Assembly: GCA_009602725.1 (NCBI GenBank)
Contig: WELB01000007.1
Coordinates: 995,295-1,059,294 of the forward strand
Reading direction: 5' to 3'
Length of the DNA: 64,000 nt
Source of the DNA: Spirogloea muscicola
Lineage: Eukaryota
Of the stretch, positions 63,501 to 64,000 are shown in pieces. Numbering within the stretch: the first letter of the stretch is position 1; each line of letters begins with the position of its first letter. The notes below the pieces were generated by a model, which worked only from the letters and a program-made list of their open reading frames with translations, was not told where the DNA came from and made no database searches. Both the position numbers and the translations under genes were made by a program.

Positions 63501-63644
63501 GTGTTCTGCTTGCAATAAGGGGTGGCATATGCATTCTTTAACGCCACCACTCATAAGCATACCTTCCGCTGATTGGCTCTGTACAGCTTGTGTGGATGGT
63601 AACCCAACTCTTCAATCTAGTCAGGACTGACATTTGGGGGGGGG
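60560..63644 (+). mobile_element. Decayed Ty3/gypsy LTR retrotransposon pol (RT, RNase H, integrase, PHD finger) followed by a putative polypurine tract
   Basis: [101 protein letters not shown]-x4-HFG..C-x2-C, DLAGP, TDQGSEF, GPF, CQLC..LLCSACNKGWH..WLCTAC; G9 run at 63636-63644. Many stops and frameshifts. Confidence 0.93.
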
Positions 63645-63849
63645 TCATTTGCAATCATCCATCACGAGCTCGGATTCTCCTATCATATTTTTAATAGGCT
63701 ATCTTCTCAGTCATGTTTTTATCTGCAACCGTAGAGATACCTAAATTTCTCGCATACCATTGTTATTCACAATGTGTGCGATGCCTACCACGTCGCCTCC
63801 AACATTTCACCTGAAATCGTAACTAATCTGTTCTAATGACGTTATCTTG

Positions 63850-64000
63850 CTCGCTCGCACAAGTCTTCCGCATGCGCCTGGCCGTATCGCTTCAACGCTT
63901 TCTTCCCCACGCCGTCCACACGCGAGCAGGCCGTGCTATGGCCGCCGCCTCCGGGTCTCGGCGGAGTGCCTCCTTCCCTGCAGCGAGCTCAGACCTGATG
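63850..64000 (+). mobile_element. CRE-like 3' fragment (lineage C type) running off the window
   Basis: Encodes SLAQVFRMRLAVSLQRFLPHAVHTRAGRAMAAASGSRRSASFPAASSDLM, closely matching the C-terminus of the 44730-48060 element. Confidence 0.9.

Overview
Eukaryotic nuclear DNA with GT-AG introns and GC-rich exons; the plant-type genes suggest a streptophyte green alga or early plant (inference). It has three N-gaps (38298-38582, 48566-48873, 57112-57184) and single-N joins at 9278 and 31250. Genes in order: 3' part of midasin (MDN1, +), PUS10 (-), two tail-to-tail ceQORH-like oxidoreductases (the second with a frameshift), a histidine acid phosphatase (-), V-ATPase subunit d (+), a TTI2-like ARM protein (-), MCTS1 followed by its paralog eIF2D (+), a secreted triple CHRD-like protein (-), a GPI-type four-domain phytocyanin (+), DUS1 (-) and an acyltransferase-3-like fragment. 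Mobile DNA: two long decayed CRE-like (RT plus restriction-like endonuclease) non-LTR retrotransposons, many short 3'-end fragments of at least five related lineages piled up mostly upstream of gene starts, and a decayed Ty3/gypsy pol ending in a PHD finger. There are also two long hairpins. Most notable: (1) the phytocyanin alternates Met-ligated and Gln-ligated copper sites (ABAB), and the Gln domains have an unusual long C-x9-H loop and a CCH motif; (2) the CRE-like elements end in a hairpin plus a CT-rich tail instead of poly(A), nest into one another and cluster near promoters; (3) MCTS1 and eIF2D are adjacent. All calls come from reading the sequence and recognising motifs; no searches were run.
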